Counted from the whole stretch's first letter, positions 25,983 to 39,920 are shown. The stretch is DNA of 62,956 nt, filler included, from Atractiella rhizophila (GCA_021432655.1; 16 parts of 16 records of this genome joined end to end with filler, not necessarily neighbours in it); one strand, 5' to 3'. The notes: generated by a model not told the origin, from the sequence alone. A program made the numbers and translations.

Positions 25983-27383
25983 TCAGAACTGGTCTTCTCC
26001 CCCACATCTCCAAGTTCCTGATCGGTTCTATACCTTCATATATCAGAATCCACCGATCGAGAAAGAGGGCGGGAGGTATTCAGCGCACCAAAATAGGCAT
26101 GTTCCATCGCCTTCTTCGCTGTAAGCCGTAACTGATGATCGTACTTCAACAACTTATCCACCAGATCAATGGCATCGTTCGAGATAAAGCGTTGGTTCTC
26201 GGTGGTAACAAATCGTGTCCATGGTTTCTTGTCATAACGAACGAGTATGTTATCGAATTCAGCATCTAGCCCAATGTCGTATTTTTCAAGGTACCGGTAC
26301 AACTCGTCCGTGCCTAGAACCTTTGTGATCTTGAACAATTGGTCGTAGTTGTCACGACCCTGGAAGAAAGGATCTTTTCGAAATATCTATAGATTCGATG
26401 GTGCTTAGAGGCGTGAAGTTGAACAGGTAAAGGACGAACGATCGCCGCCAAAGTACATCCTAAAGACCACAGATCCAAGCTGTAGTCGTACAATTCATAA
26501 CCAACGAGGAGTTCCGGGCTCTTCCAATTCCTCGTCGCTACCCGGACGTTATAGTCGGTGTTCGGATGGTAAAATTCAGCCAGCCCCCAATCTATCAGTC
26601 GTAGCTAGATAGGTCATCGTCAGAAGGAACACCTCTGTGATCCGAAAACACCGCACCCGCTTCTTCTTGTGATCAATGAGAATGTTCCCAGGTTTTACGT
26701 CGCGGTGCATGATACCTTTGCTGTGCGCGTAATCTAATGCCTTCAGAAGCTGAAACATGTAAAACCGGACCTGCTCTTCTCGTCAACAAGAGGGGATGAC
26801 CGGCAGGCTAGACATACATCGTGATCTGTCAGAACTGGGTTGAGCGTCCTCAAATCCGTATTGTCTACGTATTCAAAGATGATAGAAGGTGTTTTAGACT
26901 ACTCGTCCATGATCTTAGTCAGGTTCCACGGTGTGAGGGAAACACCGAACCTGAGGATCTCGACAGACATCCAAGAGGCGGACTATGTTCGGTCCGCCAT
27001 GAAGAATCTGTAGCACCTTGATCTCCCGCTTAATTTTCATCTTCTTCACGGGTTTCAAGACCTGTCACGGAGAGGTAAGGAAAACAAGTATGTTCCTCCA
27101 CTGTAGCAATTACCTTGATGACGCACGTCTCCTTGTGCTTTAAATCTATCGCTTGAAAGGCTTCCGAATATTTGCCTTTGCCAACGCGACGAATGATCTC
27201 AAAATCTGAAGCATTTCCCCATTGAATCACTGACGGAAAATATCAACATGCGACTAAAGAATAGCTCCCCTGCCTACCAAGGTTGTTGTAGTCCCAGTGT
27301 GCCTTCCCCAGCTTCTCATTCGCATCAGCATAAACCGAAGCCTGCAATGAGAGTGGTTTCTGATTTGACGCGGACTGAGCCAT
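25983..27383 (-). CDS. CKA1: Casein kinase II catalytic (alpha) subunit, divergent paralog, complete and multi-exon
   Basis: [92 protein letters not shown] and [12 protein letters not shown]. The introns splice in consistent phase. Confidence 0.93.
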
Positions 27384-28599
27384 GTTTGCGGTGGTCGTCG
27401 TTACGTGGAGGTGAACTGTGTTGCGTACCACGCGAAATGGGCAAAAGGAGAATGAATGATGTGTTTTCCCTTCTCGCAACGGCGAAACCTTCGCGGCCTC
27501 AAGACGTCCGACCTACTTTTGACCCAAAATTGGAATCAGTAACCCAGAGTAACCTATTATTCCGTTCGGCCTCGCAGCCTGATTGTAGCAAAGCACGTGA
27601 CAATGCAAAACACCCTCCTCATCGCCCTCCTTGAAAAACCTTCCAATGGCTATCCAACAACGTTGGTTTGAAAAGGGAAGGTAGGGAGTAAGACTTTCCT
27701 CAAGTTGGGAATATCGATGAATTGAGGTTGTGGTTGACAGCAGCACGCGGAAAACGAAGCACAGTCCTTTAACATAATCAAGATTCAATGATGTCGTTTC
27801 TGTTGATGCGGTGGGATAATGAATCCAAACTTCAACCAGAAAGACAACCAAAGAGGGCTTATTATGAGAGGAGCATCCAGAATACCTAGGTTCGACCTTA
27901 ATGAAGGTGTAAGCGCGATTACGCTCCACGACAGCATTGACTACCTCGACGTGAGCATACGGTAGAACATGTGCAATGAAGCAGATATTATCTCTCCTCC
28001 AGGTTACGCAACCAAAGAGCCCTAACTCGGAACAGCCGATTTGCTTTCACTTGTCCTGAGCGATGCCTCTCTCTTTCACAGTATTCATGATTACAGACGA
28101 TAGCCTGTGATCAAAAAGGCGACTTCCCATATTAATCGATGGTTCACCACTAAATGCAGCCAGTTGTCCTCCTGTCGCCCAAAGTCCTAGCACTGACGCC
28201 GGAAGGATCTCCATGCCGACTCCCATATAAGGCATTAGAAACGGCTTCCCTATACGAAGCAATGGTCCAATGACTCCTTAGAGTAGACCGTTGGCCAAGG
28301 TGTCGTTCTACAACCTGTTCAACAGTAGCATCTAGCTGGATCATCTTGAAACACCCGCAGTGCCAACCGTGACCTTCGTATGTATGGCAGACAAACGAAC
28401 GTGAAGGAAGTTACAACACATTGAGCAATCTTTACTATTTTGGATCCCTCATGCCTCGCTGGGAACTTATCTTGTTACCCATTTCTCCTTAAAACGAGCA
28501 GCCAAAAGTAACGTTTGAACGAGATGATTTGAGGATCCCGGCATGTTTGAAGATCGTGTCAATGGTCGATTCAAGAGCTTTGACAGTGTGTTGAAATAG

Positions 28600-29189
28600 G
28601 CTTGACCTCCCTCAACAACACTGCTCTGGCACCAGACCTCTCCTGGACAAGACGGCAAGCCTTGTTTGTGGCAGACGCAGGTGTAGGGTTACAGCTACAT
28701 GTTTTTTGCTCATAGGGATCTTTGCGATCAGATATAGTTCTACATGTCCTACTTCTGTAGGATATGAGACTTTGTCTCCCTCACTGCCACTGTCACTGCC
28801 ACCAGCGGTATCATACTTGAAGACGAGCGCGGACAATCAAAGAGTCCCATCATGACAGTGAAGCACGATCTCCCCATCCTGGTTACAATCCCTTGAGTCT
28901 ACTTCAGCAACTGAAGAGCGCATCGGAATTAAACACTCGCAAAGCAACTTGCCTCCATCCATCTCAGCCCATCTCCTCTATTGATCATTGGGAACGGATC
29001 GATGGAATCTGATTACTTGTGTTACCAGGAAAGCTGTTTCACTCGTGAGAGCTCAATCAACCCACACCTTTGCCTTCAGGAACAGTGAAAGAATCAGGGA
29101 AGGATCTCCACCTTGATCCAACTCCCCTCCCATTCCTATTCTGATGGGGGAAAGAATCGCGACCTCCTGTAGTTTCCAAACTCTGTACC
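28600..29189 (-). pseudogene. Possible highly decayed DNA-transposase C-terminal fragment (CACTA/CMC-like)
   Basis: A stop-interrupted frame RRWAEMDGG...RSSVAEVDSRDC...EVGHVELYLIAKIP loosely resembles basidiomycete CACTA-like C-termini. The match is weak. Confidence 0.22.
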
Positions 29190-30135
29190 NNNNNNNNNNN
29201 NNNNNNNNNNNNNNNNNNNNNNNNNNNNNNNNNTTAATTAATTAANNNNNNNNNNNNNNNNNNNNNNNNNNNNNNNNNNNNNNNNNNNNCCTGGTTGGCT
29301 GAGGATGTTGAAGCAATGGGGAACGAAGGATCTGTATCCCAGCTTCAAGTCAGCAATGCATTCCATGGTAGCAGTGATTGTTCCGCAGAGGGGCAACGCT
29401 ACGCACACGTAGGCAGCTTAGAGAAGCGGCTGCATGGAAAAGAAAGTGTTGTACATGAATTGTCGGCACGGATTCTAAACAGCCTTCGACAGCTCTTCTT
29501 TTAGGATGCAGAGGCGTGGAGTTCCACTTTCCCACTACAAAGTCATGCACTAGCCACATATTTGGGCTTGCAGCAGAGGAAACACTTTAGGAGGGACACC
29601 CTTCTCCATCTGAATCCCTCGCTGACTTAGGAAGAACCGGGTGGGGCAATCGATACACCAGAAGTTTCTTACGATACACCCCAGAAGTTTCTTATGCCCT
29701 CTCTATTGCTCTTCCCTTTCATCACACACCCGACTTGTACATCACACATGTTGTGATACCTCCCAGCAAACATCAATTAATATGCAATGTCCATCCGGAG
29801 CCAACTCCCATTGGCATTCGGAAAGTAAGGCACTCGACGTCTCGAAAATGTGAGGAAACAGCTGATCTAGAGAAAAGGCAGTTCGCTATTAGACGACAAC
29901 TAGACCTTCTCCATCGTCACCAGGTATGGCATATGATGATTGAGAAGAGCGCTTCTTTCCTTGCCCTCTCATAAGATTTTCTGCTTCTAAAGACTTTTGA
30001 CTACCTCCTGCACATATGACATATCCAACCTAGCATGAAACGAAAGCATCAGGACAGACATAACCAACAAGCAATTCTAATGTCTTCATAGGAAGCAAGC
30101 GAGAGGAGACAGACTCCGAATTCAGCAGGAACTGC

Positions 30136-30637
30136 TCAAGATGGAACGCGGACACCAACCATCATGTTTATGTCTTTTAACTCCTCTAAGTTGGGTAGAG
30201 AGGAACCACTATCCTCCTCATTCTTCGGTTTCAATCGGCCGTCAAAAATGATTGCAATGAACCAAGGAATGCATCTCCAACCGCAACAGATAAACAAACA
30301 AAGAAGAGAGAAACTCACCTTCGTCCTCTTTAAAAGCGACCTGTCTAACATCTTTCTGTCCCCCCGTCCCAGCCTTAACCAACGCTCCTTTCCTCACGCC
30401 ATCCGAAACCTTGACCGTCCTCTCTCCCTCCGCTCCATCCGCATTATTCGTAGCGCTCCGCTCAAACTTCTCAATCGCTTCCTTGACAGTATTAGCATTC
30501 CCTGTGATTGTAGTGTTGATGGGCGGTGGGGGTGGAGGGGTAAAAGTTTCTGAGGGCGAAGTGGTCGGCGGCGAAGTGGGTGAAGAGGGCGAGGAGGAGG
30601 AGGTGGCACGCCCTACAAGGCTGAAGAATCGTTTCAT
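30136..30637 (-). CDS. Hypothetical small S/T/P-rich protein; 3' end uncertain
   Basis: ATG at 30637 opens MKRFFSLVGRATSSSSPSSPTSPP...KEDE and is followed by a GTGAGT donor. No domain is recognised. Confidence 0.35.
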
Positions 30638-32386
30638 GGATCGAATACCAGTCAAGAAGCTGATTTGGTATTTTGACGAAGATCCGGTTAAGTTAGGGAG
30701 GTGGTGGTTGATTGGAAGTGCGTTTGCGTTTCAACTAGCTGCACGACGACCAAGACGTCAAGGCATCCCAACGACAGTTAACGCTTCCTCTTCTGCTTGG
30801 GGCTTTTCACAGGCTTGAGACCTTTGAAGCATGACATGCATTGGGTTTATGGATGCCTATCATCTAAGGTAATTGATGGGATGTGCTTTCATTGGGGGTC
30901 AGTGAACGGTTATGAATCTTCAGCATCAAGGGTCTAATGTTGCCTACTTTCCAATTAAGAGGTCAGATTCGTCCATTCAGTCGCAGGGGAAAGGACTCGT
31001 ATCATGACGTTTGTGTAGGAAGTTTTCGAGCGAGAGGGAACTAGGGAACTAGGGAACTAGATATTTCCTTATCTGGATTGCTTTTCTCCCTCATGCCGGG
31101 CAGGGTATTGCTTCTCACAATTTCCTGTCAGACTGCATAGGAGCACGGAGGAGCCGCTATGTTGCCTTGAGATTCCTCGATTCTTTCGGTCCTGTCCACT
31201 GTTGAGGACAGGCAAAGTGGGGGAGAAATGCGACCAGTTGATGGGAGAAAGTGATTTTGTCGCACGTGCTGGAGATATAGAGAGATGGCATCGATGAGGA
31301 TAATGTGGTGTGGTGTTCCATCGTTGGATTACCAGTCGTCGATTCTGTAAAGCTTCGTTTTGCTGCAGTCCACGTAATTTTGGCAGCGAAGTAAAATCTG
31401 AGCGTCTAGCACCTTTCTTACACCTCACCGGAAGAATAGCAAGCACTGAGGGCGAAAGATAAAGGAGCCATGTGACGTTGCTTGATCGTAGTCCTGGTGT
31501 ACAATATGATATTAGGTCATCTCGATGGCGCACGGCCTGCCAATCACCTCTGTACCTTGAGATGGCGTTTGAATTCGGGGTAGAAATTCCCGTCAAAAGC
31601 AGTTTACATAATGAATGAGCATATTCTTCCTCCTAAATCATATCCAAGATACGCCGCAACCAAGGGGACGACAAAACTCTAATTTCTGGCAAGACACTCT
31701 TCGCAAGGGGGACACAGGGGGACATTTGCGGGGAACTGTGAAATATTTGTGAAATACAATTCTTTGTGCAAGACCAGCCCATGAAACATGCAGAAGCCTC
31801 GACCAACGCAACTTCTCTTCCCTCTTCCCTCTTCCGTACTCAAGTATTCACCTCTAGCTCACGCTCCAGCGACGCACCACACTCCGTTTTCGAAATTCTC
31901 CATTATCTGCACTCCAATTCTTCTTTTTAAAAGCCTGCTACCCCTTCATTCCGAGTCGGACGCCTCTGGACGCCTCAATCTTCGCTTCAGTCAAGTTCGC
32001 AGTGGCCAACACGCCTTTGTAGTCTCCGGTTTGGTTTGCGACGACGTGTGATGTCACACTGAACAGGAGGACTGTCCCTCGCCACTCCTCATCATCATTC
32101 GACTATCGTCTCAGTCTCCCAACACTGTTCATAGTGTTCATAGTGTTCATAGTCAACTCGACTCCGGCTCGTTCGATTCTCCTCAATCCTCCACGTTTCT
32201 CAAAAGCGCTAGGGCTTCTGTATCACCTTTTGATTTCTCGGCTCCCCTTAATCAAGATCATTGCACTCATGCTCGGCCCACATTACCTCTTCCTCGTCGC
32301 TCAGGGCTCGACTCACCTACTCCTTCCTCCTCCAGTTCCCGGTCTCGATCTCCCTTGCAACTCAGTCACTCTCAGACTCCTCTATC

Positions 32387-33285
32387 ATGGACAGGCTCTC
32401 ACAGCACCCCCACTTCTCCTCGCAAATCTCAACGCTTCCATCCATCCAAGACCACAGCTCGAACTACAAGCCCCCAACCGACCTTCACCTGCTATCCATC
32501 GCAAGTAGGAGAACGATTCTGGGGTGGATATGACGATCATAGCACGGCCGAGCAGCATGCCGATGCTGAGGGTGGAGTGGCCAGAGAGGGAAGTGCGACG
32601 TGGGGCAGAAAGAGAAGGGCGGAAGGCGAGGCAGGAGGTGGAGTTTCAGCATCAAGACGGAGTCGCTCGACTGAACGGGAAAGAAAGCGCAGGAAGCGTG
32701 AACGGGATCGAGGACCGGCAGCAGAGGTATGTCTTCTTTTAAAGAAGTTTGCTCACAAGGCCTCCCTGACATCAAATGTCAGGGGACAACTCCATGTCCT
32801 TTTTGTGGAAAGCGGGTCAGACCCAGTTACCTCTACTGTCATCAAACATCGAACAAGGATTGCAGGACCGCTCGGGCTGGTCAGGAAAGGTATGTATTCT
32901 ACTTAAATCTCTAGCTGAAACTTATGCTATTGTGGTGCTCACGCTCAATAGCTTTCAAGCTCTGTACATGTCCTCAATCGATGCCACTCCGGTCTCGCAG
33001 CAAAGTCCTGTTGACTCTGTTCTCGCTGCGCCGATTCAACCTGCTTCATTCTTTGGAAATGCCTCTCGCAACTCATCGCTCGCACCTCCACCCGCCTCCT
33101 CCTTCTCAGCTCCCGCACCTCAACATGCTTTCTCCTACCTTGCCCCATTCAACACTCAATTGTGCACGGGGTATAAGTTCTCATTACCGTCACATTGTGG
33201 GCCAGCTGCACTCCGCTATCCTCACGCCGCGATTTCCCTCTACCAGAGCAAAGTCGGGAAGTACGCCAATGACGGGACGGATATC
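32387..33285 (+). CDS. Hypothetical protein with a C2H2/C2HC-like zinc finger, possibly transposon-associated; cut by the contig end; start uncertain
   Basis: An exon between two GTATGT introns encodes TPCPFCGKRVRPSYLYCHQTSNKDC. A downstream exon reads LCTGYKFSLPSHCGPAALRYPHAAI. Confidence 0.4.
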
Positions 33286-34381
33286 NNNNNNNNNNNNNNN
33301 NNNNNNNNNNNNNNNNNNNNNNNNNNNNNTTAATTAATTAANNNNNNNNNNNNNNNNNNNNNNNNNNNNNNNNNNNNNNNNNNNNTATTTGGGGTTGCGT
33401 GCGAGTTTCAGAGTGACGGGACGGCGGAAGGTGACGGACGTGCGAATCTTTCGCTTCGTTGTGGAGTGCGCACCCTGCACATAGTTTTATCGGTTCAGCC
33501 TCCAGCATACCCTCTCCCCTTACAGAGCACCTCGAATGGATGAATGACTACACACACCTTCAGGGCAGCCTTCTTCGTCTGCTTCGCCTTTGCCACATCG
33601 CTAGTCCCCCCACTCTTCTTTGCTGGAGCCGCCTTCTTTTCCGATGCCTTAGGAGCCATTGCTTACCGTGGAGTCCAAAGATGAAGTCAGTTCCCAGTAG
33701 ATAACAAAAACAAAAGCCACAAAGTTTAGTGATTGTGTTGATGTAAAATGATGCCGCCGCCTCAAAGGCACCAGCCCAACTGGAAACCCAACCGCCTTTC
33801 GACTTGGGATCCGGGTGAAGAGCAGTTGTGAACGCTTAATGTGATTGATTGGCACACTCTTTTGTCGAAAGACTTTGAAGGTATGCATCTATTCGTCACG
33901 ATTCGAAAGTGCGACATGGCACTCCAATTTTTCGTAGTCCTGGGCACTCAGAGCGAGCTCTGAGAAGATCCTACGCCTTTGACGTAGATGACGCTCTATG
34001 AAAGAACTTAATTGCAGAGCTCACTCTAATGCAATCACCACCATCAAAACTTGTTAAGTGTCAAAACTATGACGAAGCTTTGAACATGATCGCAAAGGTA
34101 CGAACGAGTACGAAAGATTTTATGGAAATAAGCCTATGAGCTCAGAGCACATTAGCCGTTGAGATTTTCTTCAACTGCCTACTAATTTCCTATTTTGAGT
34201 GACTTGGGTGTCGATTGCCCCGTCGCGACATCCTCCGATTCATCATCACCTGAAGGCATGACCCACGTACGAGTAGCTATCTTCTGTGCTTCCGTGGTGT
34301 TCTACCGGTTGTTCCGAACATATAAATGTGACCGAAGTGCAGGAAATTTACCCTCAGTCAACCTGACTGACCAAAGTCACG

Positions 34382-36244
34382 ATGTCAATGAACCGACTTC
34401 TGCGCCAGCTCTCCCTACCTCCATCCGCTCTTAACAAGCTCTCACTCCTTCGACCAGATATACCTGCCCTCCGTAGCTCTTTCGCTCTCGTAGAGTGTGC
34501 CCAACTTTCTGTCTCTTTATCTGCTTTGGCAGCTGCTGAAATTTATGCATTACGAACTGGCAAACAAGTGGAAGTGGTGGTGGATGCAGAAGATGCTAGT
34601 AATGAAGTGAGCATTACACCTCCCGCTACGAGCAATGAAAGTCTGACAATGAGGCGAAATAGTTTAAATCAGAGAAACTTGCTATAATCGAAGGTTTAGA
34701 CACCTTCGAAATGGATCGTTTAAGCGGATTGTACAGGACAAAGAATGGATATGTGCGATTGGTACGCGCATCTTCTGTACCAGTTCGAAGTTTATTCGGC
34801 GCCGATGGAATAGCACACAAATTTTCCACACCATCGTAATGGCCTTCTTCGACTTCTTGGACTACCAGAATCTGCCGATGTGAAGAGAGAGGATGTCGAA
34901 CTCAAGGTGAAAGAAGTGGAAGACGAACATACATGGGCGGACCAAGTAATGGAAAATGGATTGTGTGCAACCAGTCTGAGTACATTTGAGGAGTGGTGTG
35001 TCATAGGTGTCTAGATTTCTTCTGGCGCAGAACACTGAGAACAAACTTAAAGGGATAGGCATCCCCACTGTGTTACAAGCAAGAAATTATTCGATCAGCT
35101 TGGCCCAATAATTATCAACAAGATAGGATCATCTGCCGCAATCCCTTTCCATATCTCAAGTAATGAACGTCGTCCGCTTGACGGTATCAAAGTGCTGGAA
35201 CTTACAAGAGTCATCGCTGGTCCAGTGGCAGGACGGGTACTGGCAGGTACGTAGTTCCTTGTCGTTGAGATCGTAAGGACAACGCTCACTTTATGGAATA
35301 AAGGATACGGAGCAGATGTTCTTTGGGGTATGCAGGATTTTGCTTCGGGTTCCATGTCTAACTATCAACCGTTCTCTATACACAGTGACGGCCACCCACC
35401 TTCCCTCGCAGCCGGGTCTTGACTATGATCTAACGCGCAGTAAGAGACCAATTCGCCTTGATCTGCGCTCCGCGTCTGCACGCTCGACCTTTGAGCGCCT
35501 CCTCTCAACAGCGGATGTTCTACTGCAGTCTTATGCCCCAAAAGCACTCCCATCTCTAGGATATACTCGCGAAACGATCAGGACGCTGAACCCCAGCATA
35601 GTTTTCGCCAGTCTTTCCGCTTGGGGTGATGAGGGTCCATGGAACGACCGCAAAGGATTCGATTCTCTCGTTCAGACCGCGACTGGATTTAACAGAGCTG
35701 AAGCGGAAGCGTTTGGAGAGGAAGGTGGAAAGGCATGGCCAGTCCAGGCTATTGATCATGCCAGCGGTTACTTCCTAGCGTAAATATTTTGCCCTCCTAC
35801 AATCATGAGTCTGAACGGTTTTGGTCTGATAGGGCTGGGATTCAGGCGGCACTGTTGAGAAGGGCTCAGGAAGGAGGCGGATACGACATTCGATGCTCCT
35901 TACTTGTTAGTTTCCTTCTTATTCCGAAGAGCGAAAGATGCTGAAGCACAATGACGAAGGCAACGAGTCACTGGATCCGCTCTTTGGGAAGGGTGGATCC
36001 GCCGTCAAAGGAACAGATGAATCATCTTTTGAAGGAAGGAGGACCGAAGATGAGCGAGCTGAGAGCAGTGGATGGAAGGAAGTTGACCTTTGTGAATCAT
36101 GCTGCGTCCTTTGTGGAACCTCAAGAAGGAAATGACGGAAAGAGAACGTGGAGTGGAGAGTGGACGTTCGCGAGGATGGGGTATGGTGACGATGGGCAAG
36201 ATGAAGCTCAGTGGCTCAGCACCGAAAAACCAACGGCCTATTAA
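34382..36244 (+). CDS. CoA-transferase family III (CaiB/BaiF) protein, complete and multi-exon
   Basis: SGLYRTKNGYVRLHTNFPHHR, RPLDGIKVLELTRVIAGPVAGRVLA, KRPIRLDLR, ADVLLQSYAPKAL, SLSAWGDEGPWNDRKGFDSLVQTATG and PVQAIDHASGY. Confidence 0.93.
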
Positions 36245-36407
36245 GTTGAACTTCAGGCTAGGACGTGAGGAGACAGCCTTGCGATAATGATTGCACTAAA
36301 ATGTGGTGTAAGAAAGTCGAAGTACAGAGCACCGATAATGAACGAAGTAAAGCTAGGCAAGGCAGGTGAGATTCAAGAAAGTGCAACATATATGAAGTGA
36401 AATGGCA

Positions 36408-37378
36408 TCATTTCTTCGCCTGATTCTTTCTCTGTTCAGCTCTCAGCTGTGCTCGTAAATTGCCGGTTTCTTGTTGAAGTTTGTTCAACTATAAAGACCG
36501 TCAGTCATTCACGAAAAAGGAAAAGATCGAATCAACGTACCTCATCCAACATCTTAATTCTCTGATCCTGATACGTATTGGACACTTCGTCTAGCTGGTC
36601 TTCTGTTTCTCTGAGTTTCTCCTTCAGCTCTTCAAGCTCATCCTCCACGCCGACAGGTCGACTCTCTAACTCCTTCTGTAACGCCGACATGGACGTCCCA
36701 AGCTTCGAACGCTCTGCCTCTAAAGTCTTGATCATATTGTCCTTTTCCTTAAGGACGGCTGTGAACTTGGCTTTGTCCGACCGTAAGCCATCGATAGACT
36801 CTTGAAGATCCGATTGAGTCGTCAACATGTTCACCTCTTTCTCCATAGCCGCATCTAGCCGTTCTTCCAGTTCAGAAACCTCTGCAACCGGCAACTTTCA
36901 GCACGAATAAACAAGGAACTAGAAGGGACGCACGCTGCTTATACGTCACCAGACCTTCTTTAGATTCAAGCAGCATCTTCTGAAGACGGTCGGCGTTCGA
37001 TTTCTGTGTATCCTGACTCGCTTCGAACTTGACGAGTTTGTCAACCAGCATCTTATCCGCAGCAATGAGACCTAGACAAACAATTCAGCAAGTTCTGCTC
37101 GACGTAAGCAACAATAATTAACCTTTGACTTTGGCGATAAAAGCTTCCGTCGAGAATCTGTTGGCAGCCAGATCCTGCATGAAGTTGCCCATTGGGCGTG
37201 CACCAGTGCCCGTATTGTCAAATGCCGTTTTGAGCGTTCTGAGATCGTCCGAACTTGGGACCTTGGAACGGTCGGGTACCGCGATGAAAAGGTCCTTGAG
37301 AGCGATGACATCCTTCTCTGCATTGTCAAGCTTACGGTTTAGCTCTTTGATTTCGTCATTCAGTCGGACAGTTTCCTC
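36408..37378 (-). CDS. C-terminus of a long coiled-coil protein resembling basidiomycete Uds1 (up-regulated during septation) family proteins; 5'-truncated
   Basis: Spliced: FSTEAFIAKVKGLIAADKMLVDKLVKFE..QKSNADRLQKMLLESKEGLVTYKQ...QRIKMLDELNKLQQETGNLRAQLRAEQRK. The sequence is heptad-rich, and the family assignment is from recollection of this C-terminal pattern. Confidence 0.6.
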
Positions 37379-37478
37379 NNNNNNNNNNNNNNNNNNNNNN
37401 NNNNNNNNNNNNNNNNNNNNNNTTAATTAATTAANNNNNNNNNNNNNNNNNNNNNNNNNNNNNNNNNNNNNNNNNNNN

Positions 37479-38090
37479 CTGTCGCCTAATTGTATGATGT
37501 TTGGGTGGTAGATTCCAAAATGAAGCGCTTTCAATCTCTTCACTCGTTGAAGGAGGAGATCGAACCTGAGGAACTCATCCCTCCTATGCCTGCTATGCCA
37601 ACCTTCGCCCCACCCACTGGCATCAAAGATGGAAAGAATGATCAAACCAATATGGTTATGCTCTCGCCTACCAAGAAAACGGCTACGAGTGTGTTTCCAT
37701 CTCTCCTCTCTCTTCTCCTCCCTCTTTCATTTGACTGGACACTGATAAAATCTGCTTCTGGACTAGTGATGCGATCTCCAAGCGCCAGCGGCGCTGGAAT
37801 GAGTCAATCCGACTCCTTGAACTCCATCATCGCCTGTTATGCAGGATACGCCATTCCCGAGTGTAGGTTTCCCCTTCCTTTCCAAAACGGGTGAAGGACT
37901 GACAAGGGATGGTGGAAAAGCGATGAGTAACACCTCCTTCGCTTCATTCGGCAGTCTCGGTTCCTCCTACGAAGGAGGAGACGCCTTCTCACTCGAAGGA
38001 GCACTCATGGACGTCGAGAGCGACCTTCACAATGTCACCATCGTGAGTGCTAGTGACAGCTTCGACTCCATAGAAGCAGTGGACGCTTGA
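37479..38090 (+). CDS. 3' end of an unidentified gene (low-complexity tail)
   Basis: The frame is open from the contig start with plausible short introns and ends SASDSFDSIEAVDA*. No domain is recognised. Confidence 0.4.
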
Positions 38091-39912
38091 GCGTGAGCAC
38101 CTGGACTCGACGAGTCCTTTTCTTGCATATCATATGCAACGCTTTAACTAGCTCAGGTTAAGGCACTAAATCAAATCAATGACTTATGATTAATTCGTGT
38201 TGTTTGTTTCCTCTTGCTCGAAAGAGTTTGTCAGTTCAGAATGCCAGTCAGTGTACAGAATTTGATAGGACGACGAATTGAACATGTGTTGAAAACTATG
38301 TTCCTGTTATTTTTCTGCCTTAACAATGAAGTTGGAGATCGAGTTCGCTCTTCATGAGGAACAAAGGGTCTCTCTCCAGACGTTGTTTCGCTGAAACATC
38401 GCTAGTATTCATTTCAAATTCCAGTTTACCCTACCCTAAAGCTACCTTACTATAAGCTTCTTCTACCGCGATTCACGCTATCTACTATCTACAACGAAGA
38501 AAAATGTGTGAAACGGTCGAGAATGCGGTGGCATTCCCCTTTCGCCTCTGAGTCAGCAATGGTTTTGAATGGGACAAGTGGAGGCTTCCTCTACAAGGTA
38601 AAGATAGGTTAGTAGGAGTTGGTGACACGGTCGACCACCAGCGAGTGAGCTCCCAGATCAGAGAATCTTCAAGTTCTACAGTCTTCAAGACATCCAAGTT
38701 GATGTAACCAAGGACTCGCTGACGACAACCTACCTCAGGCAACGAGATGTGTATGAACTAGGACGGCCGGTGGAGGTCGCAGATACGAGGTACTACTAGG
38801 AGCAGTCCAGCGGATGCGTGTCTGTTCTGAGAATCGTGAAAGAACCTCTCGCTGTCTATTGGTCTCGAAGGGGCATGAACACGGTCTGTCCCTCCTTCCG
38901 AAATTCTCGTCCGTAAAATTATTCAAAAAGAATACGCGTACCCATCTGCAACTTGAAGCTGCGTCACTTCCATCAGTTTCCCGCAGAACTGACATCGTGA
39001 GCTCGCTCTGCCTTTGCTTGATGCTAAAACTATCCTGTCTCCCTTTGATCATGAGGATGATAGGTGCAACGGTTCATGTCATCTAGAAGCTTGCTCTGCG
39101 GCCGTTGCGCAGGATGTTCCATTGAGGATTCAGGTGTCATTTCTCCCCTCCTCCATCGAAGGCTATCGCTGCGCTTCCACCTCATTGCAATCCTTCCATC
39201 GATAACTTTGTAGTCTTATGGCTTATGTTGCCTCCGTAGCTTCGTAGCTTCGAGAAGGAAGCTCGGGTCTTTCGCAGGCTGGTCCTCCTCCTACATCGTT
39301 ACCTAAGTTATGAGGGCATTAGGTATCTGACTTTCTTATTTTCCATCTGCGAACTTTGCAGCCCGTTAGTCCTCCCCGGGTGTGACACCACGCTCTCAAG
39401 TTATGCGGTATGCGAACGAACGAGGGATCATGAGTTGCTCTGTCCTCTCTCCACTCTTACTGCTACGGTTGCTTCTTCTGTCGCTTATACCTGAGAGCAA
39501 TCGTGTGAGAGGACGACTGTGCTCAAAGACGTGAGCATTCTCGCAGCCGGCATGCTCTCACGTAAACATACTTTCCTAGGTCGTAGAAAGCGCGTCGTTA
39601 ACGACGCTTCCGCCAGTCACGCTCTTCTGTCTTACTCTGTTACCTTTTTGTTGTACCTTTTCATTCCCCAAGTCCGATGCTTACACACAGCAGAAAGAAT
39701 GCGTGGAAGTAGCTGCGCTCTTCCATCAACGTCGTGAAGCTGCTTAACTAGTCCCGCGCAGCGGCTGCGCTCAAGCACTTCGCGTCTCCACCTACGGTTG
39801 CAGAGGAGGGTTCGTGAGAGTAAACTTTCGATGTTGAACGGGAACCTTGACCGCGCATTATTCGCTGATGAGAGGATTGATTCCTGGATAAGGGGAAGCT
39901 CAAGTATTCGAC

Positions 39913-39920
39913 TATAAAAG
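39913..39920 (+). promoter_or_regulatory. TATA box of the multicopper oxidase gene
   Basis: TATAAAAG about 120 nt upstream of the ATG at 40040. Confidence 0.55.

Noticed and set aside
25169..27383. Convergent BRH2 and CK2 alpha as a functional DNA-repair pair
   Set aside because: The adjacency is real, but tail-to-tail neighbours are routine in compact fungal genomes and nothing in the sequence suggests co-regulation.
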